NCBI GenBank assembly: GCA_043824255.1
Contig: JBDRTG010000047.1
Location: 99,528 to 163,527, forward strand
From: a bacterium
GTDB taxonomy: Bacteria; JAHJDO01
Reading direction: 5' to 3'
DNA length: 64,000 nucleotides
In this document: positions 39,961 through 49,146 of the stretch, one piece after another
Position numbering within the stretch: position 1 is the first letter of the stretch
How the letters are laid out: the number at the start of each line of letters is the position of its first letter
The notes under the pieces: model-generated
The model's input: only the letters and a program-made list of their open reading frames with translations
Told to the model about the DNA's origin: nothing
Databases searched by the model: none
Made by a program: the position numbers and the translations under genes

Positions 39961-40037
39961 TGGTCGGGGCGACTGGATTCGAACCAGCGACCTCTTGAAC
40001 CCCATTCAAGCGCGCTACCAAGCTGCGCCACGCCCCG
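39961..40037 (-). tRNA. tRNA-Pro (anticodon GGG)
   Basis: The reverse complement is CGGGGCGTGGCGCAGCTTGGTAGCGCGCTTGAATGGGGTTCAAGAGGTCGCTGGTTCGAATCCAGTCGCCCCGACCA, which folds as a cloverleaf. Confidence 0.8.
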
Positions 40038-40042
40038 GTTGA

Positions 40043-40384
40043 TTATCTATTCAAAATAGCTCGTATATCAGTAAGCTCTTTCTTGATATCTCTTATTATA
40101 TTAACTAGTTCCTGGTCGTGCGGCTTCTTTAAGCCGTTCTTTGGCGCTTCAAGTTGTTTCTTTGCGCCATCTCTTGTATATAAATCTTCCCACAGAAGCT
40201 TTTTTATTTGAAGTATAAGCTCAATATCCTTTTTGGCATAACTCCTTTTACCGTCGCCATCCTTTTTAGGTTTTAACTGCTTAAATTCTCCTTCCCAGTC
40301 ACGCAGCACATACGGCTCCACTTTTGCAAGTCTGCTTACCTCGCCTATTGAGAAAAAGAGCTTATCAGGTATATTGATTTCCAT
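40043..40384 (-). CDS. MerR-family HTH transcriptional regulator
   Basis: [21 protein letters not shown] is the MerR-type HTH. It is 113 aa. Confidence 0.6.
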   Translation of the reverse strand: MEINIPDKLFFSIGEVSRLAKVEPYVLRDWEGEFKQLKPKKDGDGKRSYAKKDIELILQIKKLLWEDLYTRDGAKKQLEAPKNGLKKPHDQELVNIIRDIKKELTDIRAILNR

Positions 40385-40389
40385 ATTTC

Positions 40390-41385
40390 TTATTCTATTT
40401 CTGATTTTGCATCTCTTGTCATTAAATCCATAACTGCTTTTCGCGGATCCTTATTATTAAAAAGTACTTCGTGAATCTCAGTTGTTATTGGCATATCCAC
40501 ACTATATCTTTCTGAAAGAGAATAGGCTGACTGAGTTGTTTTTACGCCTTCTGAGACCATTGACATTGAATCAAGAATTTGACTAAGTGTCCTTCCCTTC
40601 GCAATCTGCTCCCCAACAAACCTGTTTCTGCTATGTTTACTTGTACAAGTTGTAATTAAATCACCTATGCCACTTAGGCCAGAAAAGGTGTGGGGGTTTG
40701 CTCCCATTTTTACACCAAGCCTTTTGATCTCTGCCAATCCTCTGGTAAGCAAGGCAGACTTAGTATTATCTCCAAAACCAAGTCCATCAGAGATTCCAGC
40801 AGCTATAGCTATTATATTTTTTAGCGCACCGCCTAATTCAACGCCAATTACATCAGAATTTGTATATACTCTAAAATTCTCAGCCATAAAAATTGTTTGA
40901 ACATGTTTTGCAACATCCATATCTTTCCCAGAAACCACAACTGTAGTCGGAATTCCTCTTACCACCTCTTCTGCATGAGACGGGCCTGAGAGAATAACAA
41001 TATTGGTATTACTTGTCTCTTCTGCGATTATCTCTGACATCCTTTTTAACGTTTTATTTTCAATGCCTTTTGCAACACTTAGTTTTACAACTCCTTCCGG
41101 AACATGAGAACTTTTTGCAACCTTTCTCATCACATGAGAAGGCACGGCATAAACTACTAAAGAGGCATCTGATATGGCTTCATCTATTTTGGATGTTATA
41201 TAAATTTCAGCAGGTATATCTATTCCTGGCAGAAACTTTGGATTCTTTCTCTGTTTAAGGAGAACCTCTGCATAATCAGGAAATGCCTCCCATAGCGAAA
41301 CCTCAAACCTCTTTTTATAAAGATGAATAGCTAATGTTGTTCCCCATCCACCAGCTCCAAGCACACAGATTTTTTTATTATTCAT
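40390..41385 (-). CDS. gpsA: NAD(P)H-dependent glycerol-3-phosphate dehydrogenase
   Basis: KICVLGAGGWGTTLA is the Rossmann N-terminus. It is 331 aa. Confidence 0.9.
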   Translation of the reverse strand: MNNKKICVLGAGGWGTTLAIHLYKKRFEVSLWEAFPDYAEVLLKQRKNPKFLPGIDIPAEIYITSKIDEAISDASLVVYAVPSHVMRKVAKSSHVPEGVVKLSVAKGIENKTLKRMSEIIAEETSNTNIVILSGPSHAEEVVRGIPTTVVVSGKDMDVAKHVQTIFMAENFRVYTNSDVIGVELGGALKNIIAIAAGISDGLGFGDNTKSALLTRGLAEIKRLGVKMGANPHTFSGLSGIGDLITTCTSKHSRNRFVGEQIAKGRTLSQILDSMSMVSEGVKTTQSAYSLSERYSVDMPITTEIHEVLFNNKDPRKAVMDLMTRDAKSEIE

Positions 41386-41409
41386 AATAGATTAAATACT
41401 AACAAAGCA

Positions 41410-42051
41410 CTATGTTTTATGCAAGTTTTTTACTTTTTTGCCAATCTTGTTTTCCGTTCCATGCAAAAGTCTTTCTATATTGCCTTTGTGTCTTATAACA
41501 ACAAACACTGCTGCAATTATTCCAAAAAGAAGATTCCAAATCCTGAAATTAAAAACACCTATAAAAATAGGTAAGCTTATTGCAGCTATTATAGATGAGA
41601 ACGAGACATATCGTGTAATTAAAGCGCATATTCCCCATACTGCAACGCATAACAGTATAGGAATTGGTGCTATAGCGAGAAATACACCTGCGCTTGTCGC
41701 AACTCCTTTGCCTCCTTTAAAATCTAAAAATATAGTCCAATTATGACCTATTATTGCACTTGTTCCCGCTATTATTTGAAACAAATTATAAAACTGATCT
41801 GAACAACCTCTATGAAAATATGTTGCTATTATACTTGCACAAATCAGGCCTTTGGCAATATCAATAATCAGTGTTATAATTCCAGGAATAATTCCAAGCA
41901 CTCTAAATACATTAGTTGCTCCCACATTCCCGCTGCCAAACTCTCTAACATCAATCTTCTTTGTTAATTTCCCAATTATAAAACCTGTTGGAATTGCCCC
42001 TAAAAGATAACTTACTGCAATCATTGCCATGATCTTTAATATAATTGTCAT
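41410..42051 (-). CDS. plsY: Glycerol-3-phosphate acyltransferase PlsY
   Basis: GSGNVGATN is present. It is a 213-aa membrane protein. Confidence 0.85.
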   Translation of the reverse strand: MTIILKIMAMIAVSYLLGAIPTGFIIGKLTKKIDVREFGSGNVGATNVFRVLGIIPGIITLIIDIAKGLICASIIATYFHRGCSDQFYNLFQIIAGTSAIIGHNWTIFLDFKGGKGVATSAGVFLAIAPIPILLCVAVWGICALITRYVSFSSIIAAISLPIFIGVFNFRIWNLLFGIIAAVFVVIRHKGNIERLLHGTENKIGKKVKNLHKT

Positions 42052-43370
42052 GTTGTTTCCTTTATTTTGAATCTTATTGGAACACCTTTAAATCCAAAAT
42101 CATTATACAGATTATTTTTCAGATAGTTTAAATAGTCTGCCATAATCAAATTTCTATTGTTAACAAATAAAGCAAATGTAGGCGGGCAGGTTGATACTTG
42201 AGTTATATATTTTATTTTCAACTGCTTACTGGATGTAGAAGAGAACGGCCTGCGTTTTTTCGCATCTTCCAACATCTTGTTAAGCACTGCAGTATTTATG
42301 CGTTCTGTATAATATTTATGTACATTAAAGGCCATGTCCATGACCGTAAATATCTTTTCTTTTTTCAATGCGGATATAAAAACTACTGGTACAAAATTAA
42401 GAAACTTTAAACTAGCTCTAAACTGTTTGAGCCATATTTCCTTATCAATACCCAGCTTTTTTGATAGATCAGCTTTATTAATTGCTATTATTAAGCCCTT
42501 CCCATGTTCACAGACAAAAGAGGCTATTTTTTTATCCTCCCGCGTTGGTCCTTTGGTTATATCTATAATTAAGATCGCTATATCGGATAGTTGTATAGCT
42601 TTTTGTGCTCTTATTACACTATACCTTTCAATATCTGTTTTTAGCTTGTTTCTCGCCCTAATACCTGCTGTATCAACTAATACAAAACTTGTGTTTTTGT
42701 ACTTTAGAAAGCTATCTACAGCATCCCTTGTTGTACCAGGCTCCTCGTCTACTATAAGTCTCTTATCGCCTAGTATTGCATTTACATAGGAAGACTTTCC
42801 AACATTTGGCCCCCCAACAATAGCTATTCTTATCTCATCGGATGATGCTGCATTTTCCCTATCAGAAAAATCCTCTGTCACCTTATCTAATAAAGTATTA
42901 ATATTTAAACCGTGAGATGCTGAAATTGGCAAAAGTTCATCAGTGCCAAACTGATAGAAATCATAAATGTCATTAGTCTTCGCTTCAGTGTCTACCTTAT
43001 TAACAACTACAATATATTTCTTATCTGTCCTTCGAATTTTATCTATAATCTCTTTATCTACTGGAAGAACACCTGTCTTGGCATCAACCATGAAAATTAT
43101 AAAATCTGCCTGAACAATAGCTATATCAACTTGAGCTCTAATCTGCGCAGATATATTATCCATGCTCTCGAAATTCAGGCCTCCAGTATCTATAATCTCA
43201 AAGCTTTTACCTCCCCATAGACCAGTTCCATAAATTCTATCCCGTGTTAGGCCGGAAAAGGAGTCTACTATACTTTTTCTTTGTCCAATTATCCTGTTGA
43301 AAAGCGTTGATTTGCCGACATTGGGACGGCCTAGAATTGCTACAATAGGGTTATGCTTTTCTCGCACCAT
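42048..43370 (-). CDS. der: Ribosome-biogenesis GTPase Der/EngA with tandem G domains
   Basis: The two P-loops are GRPNVGKST and GGPNVGKSS. Confidence 0.9.
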   Translation of the reverse strand: MVREKHNPIVAILGRPNVGKSTLFNRIIGQRKSIVDSFSGLTRDRIYGTGLWGGKSFEIIDTGGLNFESMDNISAQIRAQVDIAIVQADFIIFMVDAKTGVLPVDKEIIDKIRRTDKKYIVVVNKVDTEAKTNDIYDFYQFGTDELLPISASHGLNINTLLDKVTEDFSDRENAASSDEIRIAIVGGPNVGKSSYVNAILGDKRLIVDEEPGTTRDAVDSFLKYKNTSFVLVDTAGIRARNKLKTDIERYSVIRAQKAIQLSDIAILIIDITKGPTREDKKIASFVCEHGKGLIIAINKADLSKKLGIDKEIWLKQFRASLKFLNFVPVVFISALKKEKIFTVMDMAFNVHKYYTERINTAVLNKMLEDAKKRRPFSSTSSKQLKIKYITQVSTCPPTFALFVNNRNLIMADYLNYLKNNLYNDFGFKGVPIRFKIKETT

Positions 43371-43896
43371 TTAAGAGCTTCACTCCATATATCATATAAT
43401 TAACCCCTGATGTCACTGTAAAAACCACTGTTATCCACACAATTGGATCAACAAAAAGCACTGAAGGAACTCTTATATTTAACAGGGTATAAATAATTGT
43501 GAAAATTTGCAAAAAAGTAGTACACTTGCTTATTTTTGAGGGCTTGGGCTCAAGACCTCCTAAAGCAACGTAAAGTATTAAAAAACCTGATATGATAACT
43601 ACGTCACGCACAATGACTACGATTGTAAGAAAAGCAGGAATGCTCTTATCCAGCGTTAGCATGATAAAAGCTGTTATAAGAAGTATCTTATCTGCTATTG
43701 GATCAACATGTTTGCCGAATTTAGACACTTGATCTCTCTTGCGGGCAATTAAGCCATCTATGGCATCTGTTATACCAGCAATAAAAAATATGCCTAGAGC
43801 TATGAGTCTGGTTTCTGGTGTTCCTTTGTGTAGAAAAACAGCAAAGACAGGAACCAGTAATATCCTAAAAACAGTCAAAAAATTTGCTGTATCCAC
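43351..43896 (-). CDS. pgsA: CDP-diacylglycerol--glycerol-3-phosphate 3-phosphatidyltransferase
   Basis: DAIDGLIARK...DPIADK is the CDP-alcohol phosphatidyltransferase motif. Confidence 0.8.
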   Translation of the reverse strand: MDTANFLTVFRILLVPVFAVFLHKGTPETRLIALGIFFIAGITDAIDGLIARKRDQVSKFGKHVDPIADKILLITAFIMLTLDKSIPAFLTIVVIVRDVVIISGFLILYVALGGLEPKPSKISKCTTFLQIFTIIYTLLNIRVPSVLFVDPIVWITVVFTVTSGVNYMIYGVKLLNGARKA

Positions 43897-43979
43897 GAAT
43901 AAAATCCTTATAACAACTTCATAACAATAAGAAATAATAGAAGTTTAGACTGCAGAGGTCAAGAGTTTTAATGCTTGAC

Positions 43980-44915
43980 TTATTGAACCTTTGTCCCGCA
44001 TTTTGGACAAAACTTAGTTCCTGGCTTGAGAGACGCGCTACATTTCGAACATGTTATGCCCTGAATTTTCTTTCCGCATTCCGGACAGAATACTGCACCA
44101 GGAGACACTTCTGCATTACAATATGGACACTCTTCAAGAGCAGCCTGTGGAATTTCTGCGCCACAACTCGGGCAGAATTTTGTTCCTTCCTTGGCCTTAG
44201 TTCCGCACTTGGGACAACTAACCATCACAGTGCCAGCATCCAGCAAATTCTGACAATGCGCCTGAACCTTTACAACAATATCATCAATTGCCTTCTGCGT
44301 TGCCTCTCCCATAGGAGTCTTCTTAAAACCGCCAAAACTTACTCCAAGACTTTTTGCACCAGGAAGAGGTATAGCAGCTCCCAGGCTTAGCCCCCTTCTT
44401 TTTGCCTCTCCCCTAAACCTGAGTGTTTGCATTTCTGAAGTCTCAGCATTTACAATCTTTATTATTCCGGCAACTATTGCAGTTTTAGTATCTCCACCAA
44501 TAGAATACCCTCCAAAGCTCACTCCTCCACCCATGCCCTTCTGTGAATACTCGAACACTGTAATCACTCCATTAAGAATTATCTGTGCTCCTTTAATCTT
44601 TCCAATTTTTGCCTTTGTTTTTTTGCTTACTCTTCCGCTTGCCCCAAGATCCTGCTCACTAATTATATCCTGCACATCTATTCTGCTCATAACAGAAAAC
44701 CGTCCAGTCTCTGTTAGGGCACTTTCCAGCATATCAGCCATTCCAGTTCCCATGTTTAACTCAGATTTCCTCCAATAATCAGTTCCTGGAGCATCTTTTG
44801 CAGTGAATTTACTTACGGCCACACGCACCTTTTCCGCATACACAGGGCTTGAAAACGAGACAGCAACAAACAATAAAGCCAAGATAACAACTAATGACTT
44901 CTCTATGCACTTCAT
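43980..44915 (-). CDS. Exported CsgG-like (curli-transport / LpoB-like fold) protein fused to three C-terminal Cys4 zinc-ribbon repeats
   Basis: A signal peptide is present. KVRVAVSKFTAKD...LESALTETGRFSVMSRIDVQDIISEQDLGASGRV matches the CsgG-family core. The C-terminus has three CPKCGTK...FCPxCG repeats. Confidence 0.5.
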   Translation of the reverse strand: MKCIEKSLVVILALLFVAVSFSSPVYAEKVRVAVSKFTAKDAPGTDYWRKSELNMGTGMADMLESALTETGRFSVMSRIDVQDIISEQDLGASGRVSKKTKAKIGKIKGAQIILNGVITVFEYSQKGMGGGVSFGGYSIGGDTKTAIVAGIIKIVNAETSEMQTLRFRGEAKRRGLSLGAAIPLPGAKSLGVSFGGFKKTPMGEATQKAIDDIVVKVQAHCQNLLDAGTVMVSCPKCGTKAKEGTKFCPSCGAEIPQAALEECPYCNAEVSPGAVFCPECGKKIQGITCSKCSASLKPGTKFCPKCGTKVQ

Positions 44916-45077
44916 ACCAAAATTCCTCCTTTTTTATCTATTAATATTATAGATTATATATAATTATATATAACATTGCATCATGATTTTTGTCAAGCCA
45001 CTGTTATGGCAAAATGGACAAAATAAATTGACTACGGATATATCTTATGATAGCCTTGCGTTAAAGAACTAAACAGT

Positions 45078-45160
45078 ACCGGGAGCGAGATTTGAACTCG
45101 CACAGGATTTCTCCCACTAGCCCCTCAAGCTAGCGTGTCTGCCAATTTCACCATCCCGGC
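45078..45160 (-). tRNA. tRNA-Leu (anticodon GAG)
   Basis: The reverse complement is GCCGGGATGGTGAAATTGGCAGACACGCTAGCTTGAGGGGCTAGTGGGAGAAATCCTGTGCGAGTTCAAATCTCGCTCCCGGTA. It has a long variable arm. Confidence 0.75.
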
Positions 45161-45229
45161 GGGAACATCTTGAACCTCCGTGTATAATAGCAAATTTTTG
45201 TTTGATGTCAAAAAGAATTCAGGTAGTTT

Positions 45230-45871
45230 ATGCTTAAGGTTAATGAAATTTTTAAAAGCATTCAGGGCGAGGGAAGCTTTGCCGGCAGATTATGTAGTTT
45301 CATAAGGCTTACGGGTTGCAATCTCAGATGTATTTACTGTGACACAAAGTATGCTTACAAAAAAGGAGATTATTTATCTATAGAAGAAATTATCCAAAGA
45401 GTAAAGACATTGGGTCAGAATCTGGTAGAACTTACAGGGGGAGAGCCTCTTTTGCAAAAAGAAACCACTGAGTTGATTGACACCCTAATCAAACAAAAAT
45501 ATATTGTCTTAATTGAAACAAATGGCACTATCAGCATTAAAAATATAAATCAATACGCAATAATAATACTTGATTTGAAATGTCCGGGAAGCAAAATGAG
45601 CGCTAATATGCTGTGGGAAAATATTGAGTATTTAAGGAAAAAAGATGAGGTTAAGTTTGTAATAGGCGATAGAAAGGATTATGGTTGGGCAAAGGCCATA
45701 GTGGAAAAATACAATCTTGCTCAACGAGTAAGCAGTGTTCATTTTTCACCTGTTTATGGTAAACTGGTTACCAAAGAACTCGCTGAATGGATTTGCTGTG
45801 ATAATCTGGATGTTAGAATACAGCTTCAACTCCATAAGTATATATGGGGACCAGATATAAGAGGTGTTTAG
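45230..45871 (+). CDS. queE: 7-carboxy-7-deazaguanine synthase (radical SAM)
   Basis: CNLRCIYCDT is present. It is 213 aa. Confidence 0.85.
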   Translation: MLKVNEIFKSIQGEGSFAGRLCSFIRLTGCNLRCIYCDTKYAYKKGDYLSIEEIIQRVKTLGQNLVELTGGEPLLQKETTELIDTLIKQKYIVLIETNGTISIKNINQYAIIILDLKCPGSKMSANMLWENIEYLRKKDEVKFVIGDRKDYGWAKAIVEKYNLAQRVSSVHFSPVYGKLVTKELAEWICCDNLDVRIQLQLHKYIWGPDIRGV

Positions 45872-46543
45872 ATGAAAAGGGCTGTAATTCTCAGTAGCGG
45901 AGGGATTGATTCAACAACTTCAATGGCTATTGCTAAAGCAGAAAACTACGAGTTGTACTCATTAACTCTTGATTATGGACAGCGTCACAAGATTGAGATT
46001 AAAAGCGCTAAAAAAGTTGCTAGTTCTTTTTGTGTCAAGGAACACAAAATTATAGTAATAGGTCTAGGGGAAATTGGGGGATCAGCATTAACAGATAATA
46101 TAGATGTTCCAACAGATAACACATCAGACAAAATACCTGTTACGTATGTTCCAGCGAGAAATACTATATTCCTTTCTATCGCATTGGCCTGGGCAGAGGT
46201 TGTTGAAGCAAACGATATATTTATTGGGGCAAATGCAGTTGACTATAGTGGTTATCCGGACTGTAGACCAGAGTACTTAGAGGCATTTGAAAACCTAGCA
46301 AATCTCGGGACTAAAGCTGGCATTAAAGGGGAAAAAATAAAGATTCATGTGCCTTTACTCAGAATGTCTAAAGCAGAAATTATAAAAAAAGGCATTGAAT
46401 TAGGAATTGATTATTCCATAACCTGGAGCTGTTATAATCCACGTACTGGCAGTAAAGCGTGCGGAAAATGCGACAGCTGTAAATTTAGATTAAAGGGATT
46501 TAGGGAAGCTGGTTATAAAGATCCTATACAATATTCCACATAG
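45872..46543 (+). CDS. queC: 7-cyano-7-deazaguanine synthase
   Basis: [12 protein letters not shown] is the PP-loop. The C-terminal zinc ligands are CGKCDSC. Confidence 0.9.
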   Translation: MKRAVILSSGGIDSTTSMAIAKAENYELYSLTLDYGQRHKIEIKSAKKVASSFCVKEHKIIVIGLGEIGGSALTDNIDVPTDNTSDKIPVTYVPARNTIFLSIALAWAEVVEANDIFIGANAVDYSGYPDCRPEYLEAFENLANLGTKAGIKGEKIKIHVPLLRMSKAEIIKKGIELGIDYSITWSCYNPRTGSKACGKCDSCKFRLKGFREAGYKDPIQYST

Positions 46544-46553
46544 GAGGAAACAA

Positions 46554-46976
46554 ATGCCTAAAGAACACATAGATAAATTAACAATACTTGGCAAAAGCAA
46601 AATCAAATATCCCACTTCTCCCGATAAAGCCAAGCTGGAAACATTTGAGAACAAATATTCCAACAGAAATTATTGGATTAGCTTTGAATGTCCTGAGTTT
46701 ACATCAATATGTCCTGTTACTAGCCAACCGGATTTTGGCATAATAACAATCCGCTATATCCCTGATAAAAAGTGCATAGAAAGTAAGTCTTTGAAACTGT
46801 ATTTATTCTCTTTTAGAAACTTTGCTACATTTCACGAAGAGGCTGTTAACAGAATTCTTGATGATATTGTAAGGGCATGTAATCCAAGAAAAGCCTTAGT
46901 TACCGGAAAGTTTCTTCCTCGCGGAGGAATTAGCATTCATATAGAAGCAAGCTATCCTGAAAAATCAAGCGACTAG
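46554..46976 (+). CDS. queF: NADPH-dependent 7-cyano-7-deazaguanine reductase (type I QueF)
   Basis: The CPVT nucleophile motif and the downstream E(S/L)K motif are present. It is 140 aa. Confidence 0.85.
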   Translation: MPKEHIDKLTILGKSKIKYPTSPDKAKLETFENKYSNRNYWISFECPEFTSICPVTSQPDFGIITIRYIPDKKCIESKSLKLYLFSFRNFATFHEEAVNRILDDIVRACNPRKALVTGKFLPRGGISIHIEASYPEKSSD

Positions 46977-47037
46977 ATAATGTATGATGTTGTGTGTTAA
47001 AATGGATACAAGATTACGAAATGAGAGAAAATAGAAT

Positions 47038-48615
47038 ATGCAAGATTTGATGACAATTAAAGATGCAAGCATATGGGCATCCAAACATATAAGCAAGGAT
47101 GTTACTCCATCAAATATATCTTATTTAATTCAATACGGCAGAATTTCTAAAAATGGAGATAATGGAAGTGCTTTTGTTAATAGGTATGATTTAGAAAAAT
47201 ATTACAAGTCGCATCTTGAAACTAAAGAAGATAGATGGAAGAAACAACTTGGAGATGATTTAAATTGGAAATTATCTTTTTCTGAATACAAAGAGTCAGA
47301 AACAACTAAACATGTTCATAGACTACATCCATACAAAGGTAAATTTATTCCGCAATTGGTGGAATATTTTTTAGATCGACACACAGATAAATTTAAAAAT
47401 GGAGTTTTTTTTAATCCAGGTGATATTATCTTAGATCCTTTTTGCGGCAGCGGAACAACTCTTGTCCAAGCAAATGAATTAGGCCTAAATTCTGTTGGAA
47501 TTGATATTTCAGCTTTTAACGCCTTTATAAGCAATGTTAAAGTTGGAAAATACGATATTGATGATATTAGAAATACAGCAAATGAAATCACACAAAATCT
47601 TAAGATATTTCTACAAGAGAAAAATAATGTTAAATTTGAAGATGAATTATTGAGTGAACTTAAAATATTTAATAATAAATTTTTCCCGTCCCCTGAATTT
47701 AAACACAAAGTAAGACAAAAAGTAATTGATGAAAAATTTTATGGAAAGCAAAAATCTGATGAATTTTCGGAAATTTATTATAAGCTCATTGAGAAATACA
47801 ATATTTCACTTAGGCAGAAACGTAATGATTTGTTTCTTGATAAATGGTTTTTAAAGGTTGTAATGGATGAAATCAATTTTGTTTTTCAACAAATAAAGCC
47901 AATTAAAAACTTAGAAACAAAAAAAATTCTTGCTCTTGTTTTGAGTCGCACAATTCGATCCTGCAGAGCAACTACACATTCAGATTTAGGCACTTTAAAA
48001 GAACCCGTGACGTCCACCTATTATTGCAAAAAACATGGAAAGATATGCAAACCGTTATTTTCTATTTTAAGTTGGTGGCAAAGTTACGTTCAAGATACTA
48101 TCAAAAGAATTAATCAATTTGACAAACTACGTACTAAAACCTTTCAAAACTGTTTAACAGGAGACAGTAGAACAATAAATGTTTTTGATGAATTAGAAAA
48201 AAAATATCCTGCATTTGGAAAATTAGCTAAAGAAAACAAAATAGCTGGAATATTTTCCAGTCCTCCCTATGTAGGGTTAATAGATTATCATGAACAACAT
48301 GCGTATTCGTACGATTTATTTGGATTTGAAAGAAAAGATGAATTAGAAATAGGTCCTTTATGCAAAGGACAAGGGTTAGAAGCGCGAAAATCTTATATCA
48401 AAGGTATTTCTGATGTTTTGAATAACTGTAAGCAATTTTTGAAACAAGGTTATGATGTGTTTTTGGTAGCAAATGATAAGTATGGTCTTTATTCACAAAT
48501 TGCTGAACTATCTAACATGAAAATTGTAAATGAGTATAAAAGACCTGTTTTGAATAGAGTTGAAAAAGACAGATCAGCTTATGCTGAAATAATATTTCAT
48601 ATGAAGGAAAAGTAA
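47038..48615 (+). CDS. Putative N4-cytosine/N6-adenine DNA methyltransferase with an N-terminal HTH-like region. It lies in a low-GC islet.
   Basis: DPFCGSGTT is motif I (FxGxG) and SSPPY is motif IV. A Cys-rich insert lies between them. Confidence 0.6.
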   Translation: MQDLMTIKDASIWASKHISKDVTPSNISYLIQYGRISKNGDNGSAFVNRYDLEKYYKSHLETKEDRWKKQLGDDLNWKLSFSEYKESETTKHVHRLHPYKGKFIPQLVEYFLDRHTDKFKNGVFFNPGDIILDPFCGSGTTLVQANELGLNSVGIDISAFNAFISNVKVGKYDIDDIRNTANEITQNLKIFLQEKNNVKFEDELLSELKIFNNKFFPSPEFKHKVRQKVIDEKFYGKQKSDEFSEIYYKLIEKYNISLRQKRNDLFLDKWFLKVVMDEINFVFQQIKPIKNLETKKILALVLSRTIRSCRATTHSDLGTLKEPVTSTYYCKKHGKICKPLFSILSWWQSYVQDTIKRINQFDKLRTKTFQNCLTGDSRTINVFDELEKKYPAFGKLAKENKIAGIFSSPPYVGLIDYHEQHAYSYDLFGFERKDELEIGPLCKGQGLEARKSYIKGISDVLNNCKQFLKQGYDVFLVANDKYGLYSQIAELSNMKIVNEYKRPVLNRVEKDRSAYAEIIFHMKEK

Positions 48616-48616
48616 A

Positions 48617-49093
48617 ATGGCATTATCAAACAATCAAAAGCAAAAAATAGAAGAAGAAATAAAGGAAGTTTTAAAAGCGACAGCAGAAAATGGCGAATTC
48701 CAAAAATCAGGAAACATTGCAGATTTCTATATGAAACGAAATGGGCAGGAATACTATTTTGAGATCAAAACAGTAAAGCCAAATATTGATGTGTTTGAAA
48801 AAAGTAAAACAAAATTATTGGAATGGGTTGCCAGAAAAAGAATGCCTATCAAGGTATACCTTGCATTTCCTTATAATCCATATCATCCAAAACCATATCA
48901 TCGTTTTACGGAAGTTGGAATGATGGATTCACAAAATGATTTTTTAGTTGGCAACGAATATTGGGATTTTATCGGTGGGGAAAACACCTTTCCTGAATTA
49001 TTAAAAACATTTGATGTAGTAGGAAAAAATTTCAAAGAACAATTGAATAAAAAATTTAAACAAATAGCAAAAGAAAAGTTGGATTCCTATTAA
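48617..49093 (+). CDS. Small hypothetical protein with a PD-(D/E)xK-like motif, a candidate cognate restriction endonuclease
   Basis: It is 158 aa. It has IADFYMKRNGQEYYFEIKTVK, with D followed 13 residues later by ExK. It starts 1 bp after the methyltransferase stop. Confidence 0.4.
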   Translation: MALSNNQKQKIEEEIKEVLKATAENGEFQKSGNIADFYMKRNGQEYYFEIKTVKPNIDVFEKSKTKLLEWVARKRMPIKVYLAFPYNPYHPKPYHRFTEVGMMDSQNDFLVGNEYWDFIGGENTFPELLKTFDVVGKNFKEQLNKKFKQIAKEKLDSY

Positions 49094-49146
49094 GAATACG
49101 CATAACGTATCTGTCAAAAAAGCACTTAAAAGATGTTCTGCCAAAG

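Noticed and set aside
40043-40384. A MerR-like ORF abutting tRNA-Pro, possibly a mobile-element remnant
   Set aside because: There is no recombinase or transposase nearby. The gene is compact with a plausible start, so it is annotated as a regulator instead.
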